Of a stretch of DNA of 64,000 bases, positions 10,681 to 22,217 are shown piece after piece. Every line of letters starts with the position of its first letter. The stretch's first letter is position 1. Source of the stretch: Trueperaceae bacterium (GTDB taxonomy: Bacteria; Deinococcota; Deinococci; Deinococcales; Trueperaceae); assembly GCA_034521815.1 (NCBI GenBank), contig JAXHLW010000013.1, positions 160,001-224,000 of the forward strand, written 5' to 3'. The notes under the pieces were generated by a model. It had not been told where the DNA came from, made no database searches, and was given only the letters and a program-made list of their open reading frames with translations. The position numbers and the translations under genes were made by a program.

Positions 10681-10866
10681 GCTGACTTCTCCTCGGTCTC
10701 CGGCCGGGCTTCGCTCCGGGCGGGTCGCCTTCGTTGTCGAAGGCGGTGCGGGTCGACGGCACTTCTGGACGACGACGCTTCGGGTCCACGGCTCCGGGCG
10801 ATCGACCCGGTCGGCAACTCTTGACTCTACACGGGGGCGGCTACGCGGTGCAAACGCGGCGGCGTC

Positions 10867-12180
10867 TCACAGGCCGGGGCGTCGTCCGCCCTTCGGGGGT
10901 CGACGACCCATCCGCTTCATCATCTTGCGCATCTGCTCGTAGTTCTTCATCAAGCGATTCACGTCCTGCACGGTGGTGCCCGAGCCACGAGCGATGCGCC
11001 TGCGGCGGCTGGCGTCGAGCAGCTTGGGACGGGTCCGCTCGCGCTCGGTCATGCTCGAGATGATCGCCTCGACGCGGCCGATCTCGCCCTCGTCCACCTG
11101 CGTGCCGTCGGGAATCAGCTTGTTCGCGCCGGGGATCATGCCGAGGATGTCGGTGAACGAGCCCATCTGCTTGAGCTTGCGCATCTGCACCAGCATGTCC
11201 TGCAGCGTGAAGTCGCCGAGGTTCTTGAGGTCGCGCTCGTCCTCGTCGTCGCCTTCGAGCGCTTTCGCCTTCTCGATCAGCGTGAGCATGTCGCCCATGC
11301 CCAGGATCCGGCCGGCGATGCGGTCGGGACGGAACGGCTCGAGCCCGTCGAGACGCTCGCTGATCCCCGCGAAGTAGATCGGCTTGCCGGTGACGTGCTT
11401 GGCCGACAGCGCAGCGCCGCCGCGTGCGTCGCCGTCCATCTTGCTCATGACCAGGCCGGTCACGCCGATTCGCTGGTCGAACGAGGTGGCGACCGGGAGC
11501 GACTGCTGACCGGTCATGGCGTCGACCACCAGCATGCGCTCGGTGGGCGCCATCACGGTGGACAGCTCGGCGAGCTGGTCCATCAGCGCCTCGTCGATCT
11601 GCAGGCGGCCGGCGGTATCGATGATCACCAGATCGCGGAAGTCGGCCCGGAGCATGGCGTCGAGGCGTCGCTTCGTCGTCGCGGGCGCCTCCCCGTCCTC
11701 GACCTTGAGGATCGGAACGCCGACCTGGCCGGCGAGCACCTCGAGCTGATCGCGCGCCGCGGGACGCTGCGTGTCCGCCGCGACCAGCAGCGGGCGGCGC
11801 CCCTTGGCCTTGTACTGGTACGCCAGCTTGCCCGCCGTGGTGGTCTTGCCGGCGCCCTGGAGGCCCATCAGCAGCCACACGTTGCCGTCGCTGCGCAGCT
11901 CGGGCTGGCGCGCCTCGCCCCCGAGGATCTCCCTCAGCTCGTCGTGGACGATGGCCACGACGCGCTGGTCCGGGTTGAGGCTCATCAGGGTGTCCGACCC
12001 GATCGCCTTCTCCTGGACGCGCTTGGTGAAGTCGCGAGCCACCTCGAGGTTCACGTCGGCCTCGAGCAGGGCGACGCGCACCTCGCGCAGCGCGGCCTTG
12101 ACCTCGGCCTCGGACAGCTTGCCGCGGCCGCGGAGCGATTCGAACACGGACTGGAGACGATCGCCTAGGTTCTGGAACAT
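10867..12180 (-). CDS. ffh: Signal recognition particle protein Ffh
   Basis: [32 protein letters not shown] domain RIARGSG. Confidence 0.98.
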   Translation of the reverse strand: MFQNLGDRLQSVFESLRGRGKLSEAEVKAALREVRVALLEADVNLEVARDFTKRVQEKAIGSDTLMSLNPDQRVVAIVHDELREILGGEARQPELRSDGNVWLLMGLQGAGKTTTAGKLAYQYKAKGRRPLLVAADTQRPAARDQLEVLAGQVGVPILKVEDGEAPATTKRRLDAMLRADFRDLVIIDTAGRLQIDEALMDQLAELSTVMAPTERMLVVDAMTGQQSLPVATSFDQRIGVTGLVMSKMDGDARGGAALSAKHVTGKPIYFAGISERLDGLEPFRPDRIAGRILGMGDMLTLIEKAKALEGDDEDERDLKNLGDFTLQDMLVQMRKLKQMGSFTDILGMIPGANKLIPDGTQVDEGEIGRVEAIISSMTERERTRPKLLDASRRRRIARGSGTTVQDVNRLMKNYEQMRKMMKRMGRRPPKGGRRPGL

Positions 12181-12281
12181 GGGTCCTCTGGGCCCGAGGG
12201 CCGAACGACAGGGTAAGGGCCGAACGACAGGGTAGCGGAGGGCTCCAGGTCCGTCAAGGACGCGGTGCTAGACTGACCGCG

Positions 12282-12761
12282 ATGCCGTTCCTCCAAACCC
12301 ACTCCACACGTGCTCCGCGCCGCACCGCGCTGGTCGTCGTGCTGGCGCTGTCCGTGCTCGCGCCCGGCCAGGCCGCCGCGCAGACCTTGGCCGAGGTGAC
12401 CTTCGTGGCGGCGACGGCGACGACGCTGAACCCCGCCATCCGGCTGCCCTCCGGCAGTCTCCGAGCGGTCGGGCCGGGCGTGGACGCGCTGCTCGCGCGG
12501 CTGCCCGACGCGTCCGCGTGGACCGAGCCCGAGGCGTACGTGGCCAGGGGGATCGCGTCGCGCCTGCGTCCCGCCTTCGAGCAGCAGGTCGTCACGGGCT
12601 TCGCTGCCGCCGGCTTCTTCGAGGCGTCGCGGCGGACGGTGCCCGACGGGGCGGGGACGCGGACGCGGATCGAGTTCGAAGGCCCAGGCGGCGAGCGGGC
12701 TCTGCTGGTGCTGTTCGACGTGCCGGAGGAAGTGACCTGGCTCGTCGCCCGCTCGCGGTGA
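12282..12761 (+). CDS. Secreted hypothetical protein
   Basis: Signal peptide; TAGACT -10 box 7 nt before the ATG (leaderless). Confidence 0.7.
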   Translation: MPFLQTHSTRAPRRTALVVVLALSVLAPGQAAAQTLAEVTFVAATATTLNPAIRLPSGSLRAVGPGVDALLARLPDASAWTEPEAYVARGIASRLRPAFEQQVVTGFAAAGFFEASRRTVPDGAGTRTRIEFEGPGGERALLVLFDVPEEVTWLVARSR

Positions 12762-14233
12762 TCGGCGCCGCGCGGCGGCGGGCGTTCACCTCCTGGACAT
12801 TCGTGGTGTCTCTCATTGCCTTCGTGGCGCTCGGCTTCGGCCTGTCGTTGGTCGTCGGCGCGATGCCCGCGGCTCTCGCCCAAGAGGCGCCCATGAGCTC
12901 CCTGAACGATCGCGCGCGGGCCGCGCTCGAGACCGCCCGCATCGATCCCGGTCCGGCGACGCCGGACGCGCCGTCGTGGGCTCGGGCGATCGAGCTCGCG
13001 ACGCAGGCCGTGGCCGCCGCCGAGAGCGCGTCGGACGACACCCTGCACGAGGCGCTGCGCCTGCTGGCGTGGAGCTACCAGGGCGCCGGCTGGTGGTCGC
13101 GAGCGTTCGCGACCTGGGAACGGCTCGAGTCGGCGGGCGGGAGCGTGGACGGCGCGGACGCCGCCGCTCGGCGGGACGCCGCGCTCCAGCTGGCGTTCTC
13201 GCGCTACGAAGCGGGCGACCTGGAGGGCGCGCTGGAGCGGTTCGACGCCATGCTCCAGACCGACCCGGACGACGTCGCAGCGCTTCGCTGGATCGGACGG
13301 ATCGCGCTGGAGCAGGGCCGTCCCGATGCGGCGCGGGACGCCTGGGGACGCCTGGTCGAGCTGCGTCCCGACGATGCGGGCGCGCGCTTCCACCTGGACC
13401 TCGCGCGCGAGCGCGCTTCGTACGGCCGCGTCGCGAGCGATGCCTACCGAGCCGGCCTGAACGCGTACGAGGCGGGCGACTTGGCCGCCGCCGTGCAGGC
13501 GTTCGCTCGGGCCGAGGCCACCGCGCCGTCGTGGAGCGAGGCGGCCCGCTGGCACGCCCGAACCCTGTTCGAGGCGGACCGGGACGCGGCCGTGCCGGCC
13601 TGGGAGCGAATCGTCGCCGCGCACCCGGGCGACGAGACCGCCCGCTGGTTCCTGGAGCGGGCGCGCCTGCAACGCACCGTCGGACGCCCCGCGCTGTTGG
13701 CGGCGGACGAGGCCCGTGCGGCCAGCGAGGCGGGCGATCCCGCGGCCGCCCTCGCTGCCTGGCGGCGCGCGCTCGACGAGGCGCCGACCTGGACGGATGC
13801 TCGCCTCGGGGTGGCCCGCACGGCGACCGCCGTCGGCGAGGCCGAGACGGCCCTGCGCGCCTGGAACGCGCTGCTGGACGATGTGCCCGACGACGATCCG
13901 ATTCACGCCGAGGCTCGCCAAGGACTCGCGACGGCACGCGTGCTGGGCCGCCTGGGCCCCGAGGCCGCCCGCGACTACGGCGCCGCGCTCGCCGCGTACG
14001 AGCGCGGCGAGACCGACGAGGCCGTGCGGCTGCTCGATCGCGTCGTCGAGCTCGCTCCCGATACGGTGGAGCCGTGGACGTGGCTGGCGCGCATCGCCTT
14101 CGCCCGCGGGGAGTGGGCGACCGCCGCCCGTGCCTACGAGCATGCGTCCGAGCTGGAGCCGGCCAACGAGGACCTGGCGTTCTTCGCCGAGGAGGCCCGC
14201 CGCATGGCCGGCCCCGAGACCACCGCACCGTAG
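12758..14233 (+). CDS. Exported tetratricopeptide-repeat protein
   Basis: GTG overlaps the upstream stop; hydrophobic N-terminus, repeated helical units ending in xP-D/N. Confidence 0.8.
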   Translation: MIGAARRRAFTSWTFVVSLIAFVALGFGLSLVVGAMPAALAQEAPMSSLNDRARAALETARIDPGPATPDAPSWARAIELATQAVAAAESASDDTLHEALRLLAWSYQGAGWWSRAFATWERLESAGGSVDGADAAARRDAALQLAFSRYEAGDLEGALERFDAMLQTDPDDVAALRWIGRIALEQGRPDAARDAWGRLVELRPDDAGARFHLDLARERASYGRVASDAYRAGLNAYEAGDLAAAVQAFARAEATAPSWSEAARWHARTLFEADRDAAVPAWERIVAAHPGDETARWFLERARLQRTVGRPALLAADEARAASEAGDPAAALAAWRRALDEAPTWTDARLGVARTATAVGEAETALRAWNALLDDVPDDDPIHAEARQGLATARVLGRLGPEAARDYGAALAAYERGETDEAVRLLDRVVELAPDTVEPWTWLARIAFARGEWATAARAYEHASELEPANEDLAFFAEEARRMAGPETTAP

Positions 14234-14271
14234 GCGCCCACGTGCGCCCGAAGCCCTGAGGAGACGGACCG

Positions 14272-15981
14272 ATGACGAGATTCTACGAACGCAAGCGTGG
14301 GCCCGACGGTCCCTACCTCGAGACCGACCTGCCCGGCGTGCTGGTCAGCAGGCTCCCCCTGCTCAACAAAGGCACCGCATTCAGCGAGGACGAACGCCGC
14401 GCGTTCGGCCTCGACGGTCTGTTCCCCTCCAAGGTCTCGACCCTCGACGAGCAGGTGGCTCGCGCGGAATCGAACTTGCGCGGCTTCGAGGTGGACCTCG
14501 ACAAGCACGTCTACCTCCGCGTGCTCCAGGATCGGAACGAAGTGCTGTTCTACGCGCTGCTGGAGCGCAACCTCGAAGAGATCCTGCCGCTCATCTACAC
14601 CCCCACCGTCGCGGAGGCGGTCGAGCGGTTCAGCCACATCTACCGCCATCCCCGCGGCCTGGTGATCTCGACGGAGACGATCGACCGGGTGGACGAGCTG
14701 CTGGCCAACGTCCCACTGCCCGACGTGCGGCTGGCGGTCGCCACGGACAGCGAAGGCATCCTGGGCATCGGCGACCAGGGGTTCGGCGGGATGGCGATCT
14801 GCATCGGCAAGCTGTCGCTCTACACGGCCGGTGCCGGGGTGGATCCCGGTCAGACGCTTCCGATCGAGCTGGACGTCGGGACGAACCGTCAGGATCTGCT
14901 GGACGATCCGATGTACTTGGGCGTCCGTCACGAGCGGCTACGGGGACGCGAGTACGATGCGTTCGTCGAGCGGTTCGTGGAGGCGTTCCAGACCCGGTTT
15001 CCCTCCGCACTGCTGCAGTGGGAGGACTTCAGCAAGCAGCGCGCGTTCGACCTGTTGGGGCGCTACCGCGACGTGCTGCCCAGCTTCAACGACGACGTCC
15101 AGGGGACCGGAGCGGTCGTGCTGGCCGGACTGCTGGCGGCCGCCCGGGTCAGTCGACGTCCGCTCACCCACGAAACGATCGCGATTCACGGCGCGGGGGC
15201 GGGCGGCGTCGGCGTGGCCAGGCAGATCGTCGCCGGGCTCCGTCGGGCCGGAATGAGCGAGCGCGACGCCAAGGCGCGGGTGCTGGTGCTCGACTCGCGC
15301 GGCCTGGTGGTCGAGGGACGTGAGGGCGTGGACGCGTACAAGACCGAGGTCGCCCAGCCCGCGTCCAGGCTCGAAGGCTGGCGTTTCAGCGGTGCAGCGC
15401 CCGACCTGCTCGAGACGGTCCGCGAAGGGGGCGTGACCGCCTTGATCGGCCTGTCCGGGCAGCGTGGCGCGTTCGGGCGTGACGTCGTCGAGGCGGTGGA
15501 CCGCAACACGCCCGTCCCGATCGTCTTCGCGCTGTCGAACCCGACGCGGCACACGGAGGCCGATCCGGCCGACGTGCTCGACTGGACCGAGGGACGCGCC
15601 CTGGTGGCCACCGGGAGTCCGTTTCCGGACGTTCTGCGCGGCGGCCACCGCACCGTGGTGGGGCAGGGCAACAACGCGTTCGTGTTCCCTGGCCTGGGCC
15701 TGGGCGTGATGCTGTCCGGTGCGCGACGCGTCAGCGACGACATGCTCAGCGCCGCGGCCGAGGCGTTGGCCGACTACGTGGACGTCGGGCGGCTGGAGCA
15801 CGGAGCGCTCTACCCGAGCGTCGCGAAGCTCCGGAGCGTCAGTCGTCAGGTCGCAGCGGCCGTGGTGCGCCAGGCCCAGCGCGAAGGCGTCGCCACCGAG
15901 CCCCTCGGTGACGATCTGGACCAGGCCGTGAGCGAGGCGATGTGGACGCCGACGTACCTGCCGCTGCGGCGGTCCCGCTAG
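14272..15981 (+). CDS. maeA: NAD-dependent malic enzyme
   Basis: LLNKGTAFS, PLIYTPTV, GILGIGDQG, QWEDF, FNDDVQGT, LSNPT, QGNNAFVFPG. Confidence 0.95.
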   Translation: MTRFYERKRGPDGPYLETDLPGVLVSRLPLLNKGTAFSEDERRAFGLDGLFPSKVSTLDEQVARAESNLRGFEVDLDKHVYLRVLQDRNEVLFYALLERNLEEILPLIYTPTVAEAVERFSHIYRHPRGLVISTETIDRVDELLANVPLPDVRLAVATDSEGILGIGDQGFGGMAICIGKLSLYTAGAGVDPGQTLPIELDVGTNRQDLLDDPMYLGVRHERLRGREYDAFVERFVEAFQTRFPSALLQWEDFSKQRAFDLLGRYRDVLPSFNDDVQGTGAVVLAGLLAAARVSRRPLTHETIAIHGAGAGGVGVARQIVAGLRRAGMSERDAKARVLVLDSRGLVVEGREGVDAYKTEVAQPASRLEGWRFSGAAPDLLETVREGGVTALIGLSGQRGAFGRDVVEAVDRNTPVPIVFALSNPTRHTEADPADVLDWTEGRALVATGSPFPDVLRGGHRTVVGQGNNAFVFPGLGLGVMLSGARRVSDDMLSAAAEALADYVDVGRLEHGALYPSVAKLRSVSRQVAAAVVRQAQREGVATEPLGDDLDQAVSEAMWTPTYLPLRRSR

Positions 15982-16000
15982 CCGGGTGGGCGGGAGCCGC

Positions 16001-16546
16001 ATGGACCGGGCTGCCCTCAGGGCGGTGGCGCTTCGGGTGGCGGCGCTGGCCCTGCTTCTGTTGCTGGCCATCGTCGCCGTGCTGACGACACGCACGCTGC
16101 AGCGTCTGCCCGACGCGACGATCTACCTGATTCGCTACGACGACCTCAGCGGGTTCGAGCTCGAGCCCGTCCCGCGGCGGTTGGGGACCGACGATGCGGA
16201 GGGGTACGCCCGGGCGGCGGTCGCGGCGCTCGCGGAAGGCCCGACGGCGGCCGAAGGGGCGCGGGGACTCGCGACGTCGGTGCCCGAAGGGACGCGCGTC
16301 TTGAACGCGTCCGCACGTGGTGGCACGCTCCGCGTCGATCTGTCGTCCGAGGCGGCGTCGGGTGGTGGGACGGCGTCGATGCGAGGTCGTCTCGAGCAGC
16401 TGCGCTGGACGCTGACCCGACCGAGCTCCATCGAGGTGGTGGACCTGTGGATGAACGGCGAGCCGCTGCGCGTGCTCGGTGGCGAGGGCCTGATGGTCGA
16501 GCCGTCGTGGCGCCGTCCGGACACCGAGCGGACACCGAGCTGGTGA
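16001..16546 (+). CDS. GerMN domain protein
   Basis: N-terminal TM, LAEGPTAAE..GL.TSVP, VDLS, QLRWTLT. Confidence 0.85.
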   Translation: MDRAALRAVALRVAALALLLLLAIVAVLTTRTLQRLPDATIYLIRYDDLSGFELEPVPRRLGTDDAEGYARAAVAALAEGPTAAEGARGLATSVPEGTRVLNASARGGTLRVDLSSEAASGGGTASMRGRLEQLRWTLTRPSSIEVVDLWMNGEPLRVLGGEGLMVEPSWRRPDTERTPSW

Positions 16547-17931
16547 CACGGTCGGCCCGCGTCGCCCCCACCGCGACGGTAGGCGCGCTCCGCCGCGCGC
16601 TCGCACTCCTGCTGGCCGTGGTCGTCGCCATCGGAATCGGGACCGGGCACGGTTCCGAGGGGGGCGAGGTCACGCTTCCGTCCGACGCGGACTGGACGAG
16701 GAGCGAGTCCGCCCGTGGACGCCTGTTCGACCGGGTGGCTCAGCGGGTCGAGCAGGTCTACTGGGATCCTGACCGCGTCGACTGGGCGTCGTGGCGTGCG
16801 GCGCATCGACGCGACGTGGTCGTCGCGGACGGCCGTGTCGCGCTGGACGCGGCGTTCCGGCGAGCGTTCGACGGTCTGGGCGACGGGCACTCCCGTTGGA
16901 TCGGTCGGTCGCCCGAGCCGAACGGGCGTGATCGACCGGTCGCCCCGACGTCGCCGGTCGACCTGGGCGTCGAGGCGATCCCTCTGGATCAGCGCGGCCT
17001 GTTGGTCACGCGCGTGCATCCGGGCGCGGCCGCCGACATCGCCGGGATGCGCCGCGGCGACGTGATCGAACGAGCCAACGGGCGTTCGCTGAGCGAGCCG
17101 GGACTGCGGTGGGCGATGCAGGACCGGATCGCCGAGGCGCTCCGGTCGGGCGTGGCGACGTTGGAGCTCGAGCGCCCGGGCCACGGTCGCGTCCGGCTCG
17201 AGGTTCGTCCAGCCGACGTGCCCGCAGGCGCGCGCCAACGGCCGATCGGCACGTTGGATCGTGCCAGCGGCGTCGCTCGGCTGGAGCTGCCCGCCTTCGT
17301 GACCGGCTCCGCGCAGGCCGCCCACGAGGAGGTGGCGCGCCTGAAGGATGCCGGGGCGGACGCGTTGGTCGTCGACCTGCGCGGGAACCCGGGTGGTGGC
17401 GTGCTCGAGATGGGTCTCGTGCTGGCCCTGTTCATGGAGGGCGGGCCCGTCGCCGCTTGGACCCGTGGCGGTCCCGACTGGATCCTGGAGATCGAGCGTG
17501 ACGACGGTGGCGCGACGGCACGTCTGGTGGCCCGCTCGGGCTCGTCGCCCGGCCGTGACGTGGCGGTGGCCCGGATCGCGGAGGCAGCCGTGTGGGACGG
17601 CCCCGTCGCGGTCCTGGTCGACGAGGGCAGCGCCAGTGCGGCAGAGGCGACCGCGGCGGTGCTGGCCACCGTCCGCTCGGCACCGGTCGTCGGCGCGGAC
17701 ACGCCGGGCAACGTCGAGAGCGTGCGCCGCGTGTCGTTCGTCGGGGGACACGAGGCCTGGGTCGCCGTGGGCGATCTTCGCTTCGACGATGGGACGCCGT
17801 TGGCTCCGGTCGAGGTGGACGCGGAGGCCCGGCTCGATCCGATCGAGCTCGCACGCGGTCACGACGCGCCGTTCGCCGAGGCGGTCCGGCGGCTGCGCGC
17901 GCTGCCGTGGACGCCCGGGCGTTGGTTCTGA
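16543..17931 (+). CDS. S41 family (tail-specific) peptidase with PDZ domain
   Basis: DGHS, PDZ-like segment, VDLRGNPGG, SASAAE catalytic motif. Confidence 0.88.
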   Translation: MTRSARVAPTATVGALRRALALLLAVVVAIGIGTGHGSEGGEVTLPSDADWTRSESARGRLFDRVAQRVEQVYWDPDRVDWASWRAAHRRDVVVADGRVALDAAFRRAFDGLGDGHSRWIGRSPEPNGRDRPVAPTSPVDLGVEAIPLDQRGLLVTRVHPGAAADIAGMRRGDVIERANGRSLSEPGLRWAMQDRIAEALRSGVATLELERPGHGRVRLEVRPADVPAGARQRPIGTLDRASGVARLELPAFVTGSAQAAHEEVARLKDAGADALVVDLRGNPGGGVLEMGLVLALFMEGGPVAAWTRGGPDWILEIERDDGGATARLVARSGSSPGRDVAVARIAEAAVWDGPVAVLVDEGSASAAEATAAVLATVRSAPVVGADTPGNVESVRRVSFVGGHEAWVAVGDLRFDDGTPLAPVEVDAEARLDPIELARGHDAPFAEAVRRLRALPWTPGRWF

Positions 17932-18193
17932 GCCCTATCCCGGCTCGGGTTCCGAGCCTGACCCCGCCGTCGCCGCCCCCGCCGTCGCCGCCCTCGTCGT
18001 TCTCATCGGCGCAGCGGGTTTCCTAGGTTGTACGCGCGTGGAACGACATGGTAGGCTGCCGCGGATATCAAGGGGATGGTCTTGAGCCAAGAAAGCCCGT
18101 CCAGCACGCACGAAAACGCCCCGAACCCACGCCCCGAACCCATCGGGCCCGGGACGGTTCGCGAGATGCGTCGCGAGCCAGCTCGCGAGTCGG

Positions 18194-18270
18194 TGGTGCG
18201 CCCGACAGGATTCGAACCTGTGACCTTTCGCTCCGGAGGCGAACGCTCTATCCGGCTGAGCTACGGGCGC
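18194..18270 (-). tRNA. tRNA-Arg (anticodon CCG)
   Basis: GCGCCCG acceptor stem, anticodon arm TTCGC-CTCCGGA-GCGAA, GGTTCGAATCC T-arm, encoded CCA. Confidence 0.96.
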
Positions 18271-18321
18271 GCGGAAACCAAGTAGGAAACCTAGCACCGT
18301 CATCTGGAGGAAGTCAAGCGA

Positions 18322-20503
18322 ATGAAGCTGAGCCGCCGCACCAACACCATCATTCTTTGGATCACGTCGATCGGCCTGCTGGTCGGCATGGTGATCACCT
18401 TCACCCCGACCCTCGGGGCGCTCACCGGGGGGGCGCGCACGACACCAGCGTGCCCGCCCTCATCGTGAACGACGAGACGATCACCGACCTCGAGGTCGCG
18501 CAAGCGCGGCGCTCGTCGCCCATCTTCACCGTCGTTCAGGAGGGCCCGGTCGCGGAGGATCTCGAACGGTTGCTCGTGGATTCGCTGATCCGCCAGGAGG
18601 TTCTCGCTCAGGCGGCGTCGCGCATGCGGATCGGAAACGGCGAGGTCCGCGACGAGCTCGCGGCGTTCCGTGAGCGCAACGGCGTGGCTGGCTCGGGCAA
18701 CGACGAAGCGTACCTGCGCCTGATCGGCGGGGCCGGCTACACCGACGCGACGTTCCGCGACTACCTGCGCGATCAGCTGCAGGTCGCCGCCTTCCAGGAC
18801 GAGGTGACCGAAGGCATCGACGTCGACGAGGCCGAGGTCGAGGCGTTCTACGACGTGAACAGCGACGCGTACCGCAGCGACCCACGCGTGCTGGCGCGCC
18901 AGATCGTGGTGGACGACGCCGAGACGGCCGAGGCGCTTCGCGTGCGCGCGCTGGCGGGCGAGTCGTTCGCCGAGCTCGCCGCCGAAGCGTCGCTGGAACG
19001 GGCGGAGCAGGACGGTGCCGTCGGAGGCGAGACGCCGCAGCCGGTCGGTCGCCCCGCGTTCCCGAGCGTGGTGGCGGACGCCGTGTTCGCACGGTCGACG
19101 CCCGGGCTGACGCCGGTGGTCGAGAGCGGTGGACGTGCGTACCTGGTGCAGGTCGAGGAGATCGTTCCCGCGGCTCCCCTTCCGTTGGACGAGGTGCGCG
19201 AGGAGGTCCGCGAGGACGCCCTGGGCGCGAAGCGGCAGGCGGCGCTCGACGACCGCATCGAGCAGCTCGTGGCCGAGGCCGAGGTGTCCGTGGCGGAGGG
19301 CAGCGAGCTGTCGCTGGACGATCCGCTGGTGGCGACGGTGGGGCAGGCCGAGATCCACGCGTCGGAGCTGGCGCGAGAGACCTACACGAACCCTCAGATC
19401 CAGCAGGCGCTGAGCCCGCAGACGGCGTCGCTGATCGCGGAGTTCTTCAAGCCCAGCATCCTCGAGCAGCTCGTCGACCGCGAGCTCGCGGTGCAGGGGT
19501 CGGAAGACCTGGACGCCACCTTCTTCGGCACCGACGCGCTCATCGCGCAAAGCGCGCTGAACTGGATCGCCCGCGACGCCGAGGCGAGCGAAAGCGACAT
19601 CCAGGCGTTCTACCAGGCGAACCTCGATCGCTACACCGTGGCCGCGTCGGCGGACGTGCTTCGCGTGGACTTCGGCGACGCTGCGGCGGCGGCCGAGTAC
19701 CGTGACGCGCTGCTGAACGGTGCCGACCCCGAGACCGCCGCCGAGAACGCCGGCGGCGAGGTCGACGACGTGGGCGTCGTCCGGCAGGGACAGATGGCCG
19801 CGCCGCTGGACACGGCCCTGTTCAGCACCGACGCGTTCGAGGACCTTCCGGACGACCCGCGAGCGGTGTCCGACGTGCTGGTCCTCGACGTGCCCGTGGA
19901 GGAGGAGCCGGCGCAGGACGAGGCCACCCCCGACGAGGCCGCGACGGACGAGGCCGCGACGGACGAGGCGCGACGACACCGCACCGAGACCCGGCGTCCG
20001 ACGCGGCTGCCGGCGAGGCTGCGTCCGCCGAAGCTCCAGAGGATGCCGAGGAAGCGGAAGACGCCGCGGGTGTCGAGGCCGACGCTGAATCGGCCGCTGA
20101 ATCCGACGCGGGTTCGGACGCTACCCCCGATGCCGACGCCAGCACGACGACGCACGTGGTGCTGGTCGCGCTCCGCACGCCGCAGCGGGTGCGCCCGTTG
20201 GAGGAGGTGCGGAGCGACGTCGAGGCGACGGTGCTCGCGCAGGAGCGTCAGTCGCTTCAGCGCGAGTGGCTGGACGGGCTTCGCGAGGAGATCGATGTCG
20301 AGACGATGCTCGCCTCGGCCACTCCGCCGGCCACCGCGCCGGCGAGTGCGATCGACGGCGCGACCGATGACGGGACGGACGGCGCAGTGACCGACGGCGA
20401 ACCCACGGACGGTGAGCCGATAGAGGACGACGCTGCGGACGGCACGCCTGCCGACGATGGTGCGGCCGGGGCCGAGAGCGAGGACGACACGGCGCCCCAG
20501 TGA
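18322..20503 (+). CDS. SurA/PpiC-type peptidylprolyl isomerase, Deinococcota-type (two apparent frameshifts)
   Basis: MKLSRRTNTIILWITSIGLLVGMVITFTP; SurA-like N-terminal region; rotamase motif ARQIVV...GESFAELAAEAS. Frame changes near 18430 and 19975. Confidence 0.8.
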
Positions 20504-20603
20504 GGCATCGGGCGTGACGTTCACGCCCTGAGGCTCCCTCGGCCTGGCTCGATGCGCCCCCGACCGGTTCGCCGGTCGGGGGCGCTGCGGTACGCTCTGC
20601 GCC

Positions 20604-22133
20604 ATGAAGCGAGCGTTGTTGAGCGTGTCGGACAAGCGAGGGATCGTCGATCTCGCCCGTGGCCTGCAGGCTGCGGGCGTCGAGCTGGTGTCCAGCGGCG
20701 GCACGGCCCGAACGCTGCGGGAGGCAGGCGTGCCGGTCGCCGGCGTGGATCAGGTGACGGGGCATCCGGAGATCCTGGGTGGGCGCGTGAAGACGCTGCA
20801 TCCTCGGATCCACGGTGGTCTGCTGGCCCGGGACGACGAGGAGCAGCTGCGCGAGCTGGCGGACCACGGCATCGATCCGTTCGACCTGCTGGTCGTGAAC
20901 CTGTACCCGTTCAGGGAGGCGGCGGCTCGCGTCGGAGCCAGCGAAGCGGAGGTCGTGGAGCAGATCGACATCGGGGGTCCGGCGATGGTTCGTGCCGCTG
21001 CGAAGACGCACGAGCGCGTCGCGGTGGTCGTGGATCCGAACGATTATGACGAGCTGCTGGCGAGCCTCGACGACGGGGGTCCGGACGCCGCGACGCGGCG
21101 GCGTCTGGCCCGCAAGGCGTTCGCGCACACGGCCGCGTACGACGCGGCGATCGTGCGCTGGTTCGACGCGAGCTCGCCCGACGCCGAGCGGCTCCCTCCG
21201 ACGTTGCACCTGGCGCTGGAGCGGACGGAGATGCTCCGCTACGGCGAAAATCCTCATCAGCAGGGCGCGCGCTATCGCGAGATCGGGTTCGGTGGCGTAT
21301 GGGACGACGCGGTGCAGCACAAGGGAGCTCCGCTGTCGTTCCTGAACCTGTTCGACGCCGAGGCGGCGTGGCGACTGGTGCACAGGTTCACGAGGCCGGC
21401 CGCGGTGATCGTGAAGCACGCCAATCCGTGCGGCGTCGCGGTCGCAGGCGACCTCGCGACGGCGTACGACCGTGCGTTCGCGGGCGATCCGATCTCCGCG
21501 TTCGGTGGCGTGGTCGCCCTGAACGGAACGGTGGACGCGCGGACGGCGCAGGCGCTGATGAACAATCCGAAGGCGGACGTCGTGGTGGCGCGCGGCTTCG
21601 ATGCGGACGCGCTCGAGGTGTTGTCGTCGAAGCGCAAGGCGATGCGCGTCTTGGAGGCACCGGAGCCGTTGCCGCGAGGGCTGGACGCTCGGAGCCTGGA
21701 CGGTGGCCTGCTGGTGCAGACCTCGGACGTGGTGTCGCTGGATCGGTCCGCATGGCGGGTGCCGACCCGCCGGACGCCCAGCGACGCCGAATGGCGCGAT
21801 CTGGCGTTCGCCTGGCAGGTGTGCGCTGCGGTGGGATCGAACGCGATCGTGCTGGTGAAGGACGAGATGGCGGTCGGAATCGGCGCTGGCCAGCCGAGCC
21901 GCGTGGACGCCGCCCGCATCGCGAAAGAGAAGGCGGACGGACGGGCGCGTGGCGGGGCGTGCGCCTCGGACGCGTTCTTCCCGTTCCGAGACGGTTTGGA
22001 CGTGGCTGCGGAGGCGGGTGCGACGGCGGTCATCCAGCCGGGCGGGTCGGTGCGTGACGACGAGCTGGTCGCTGCGGCGGACGAGCACGGCATGTCGATG
22101 GTCCTGACCGGCGAGCGCCACTTCCGGCACTGA
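20604..22133 (+). CDS. purH: Bifunctional AICAR formyltransferase/IMP cyclohydrolase
   Basis: RALLSVSDK, GRVKTLHP, IDIGGP, RYGENPHQ, KHANPCG, ASDAFFPF, RHFRH. Confidence 0.98.
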   Translation: MKRALLSVSDKRGIVDLARGLQAAGVELVSSGGTARTLREAGVPVAGVDQVTGHPEILGGRVKTLHPRIHGGLLARDDEEQLRELADHGIDPFDLLVVNLYPFREAAARVGASEAEVVEQIDIGGPAMVRAAAKTHERVAVVVDPNDYDELLASLDDGGPDAATRRRLARKAFAHTAAYDAAIVRWFDASSPDAERLPPTLHLALERTEMLRYGENPHQQGARYREIGFGGVWDDAVQHKGAPLSFLNLFDAEAAWRLVHRFTRPAAVIVKHANPCGVAVAGDLATAYDRAFAGDPISAFGGVVALNGTVDARTAQALMNNPKADVVVARGFDADALEVLSSKRKAMRVLEAPEPLPRGLDARSLDGGLLVQTSDVVSLDRSAWRVPTRRTPSDAEWRDLAFAWQVCAAVGSNAIVLVKDEMAVGIGAGQPSRVDAARIAKEKADGRARGGACASDAFFPFRDGLDVAAEAGATAVIQPGGSVRDDELVAAADEHGMSMVLTGERHFRH

Positions 22134-22148
22134 GCCCCGCGTCGCGAC

Positions 22149-22190
22149 AACGATGATCGGGCCGCCCCGCGGGGCGGCCCGATCATCGTT
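22149..22190. terminator. Perfect 42-bp palindrome between convergent purH and cytochrome genes (bidirectional terminator candidate)
   Basis: AACGATGATCGGGCCGCCCCG/CGGGGCGGCCCGATCATCGTT. Confidence 0.75.
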
Positions 22191-22217
22191 CGTGGCTAGT
22201 CTAGGCGGGGCCTGTGC

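Noticed and set aside
17932-18193. Possible element integrated at tRNA-Arg
   Set aside because: No duplicated tRNA 3' end and no integrase nearby.
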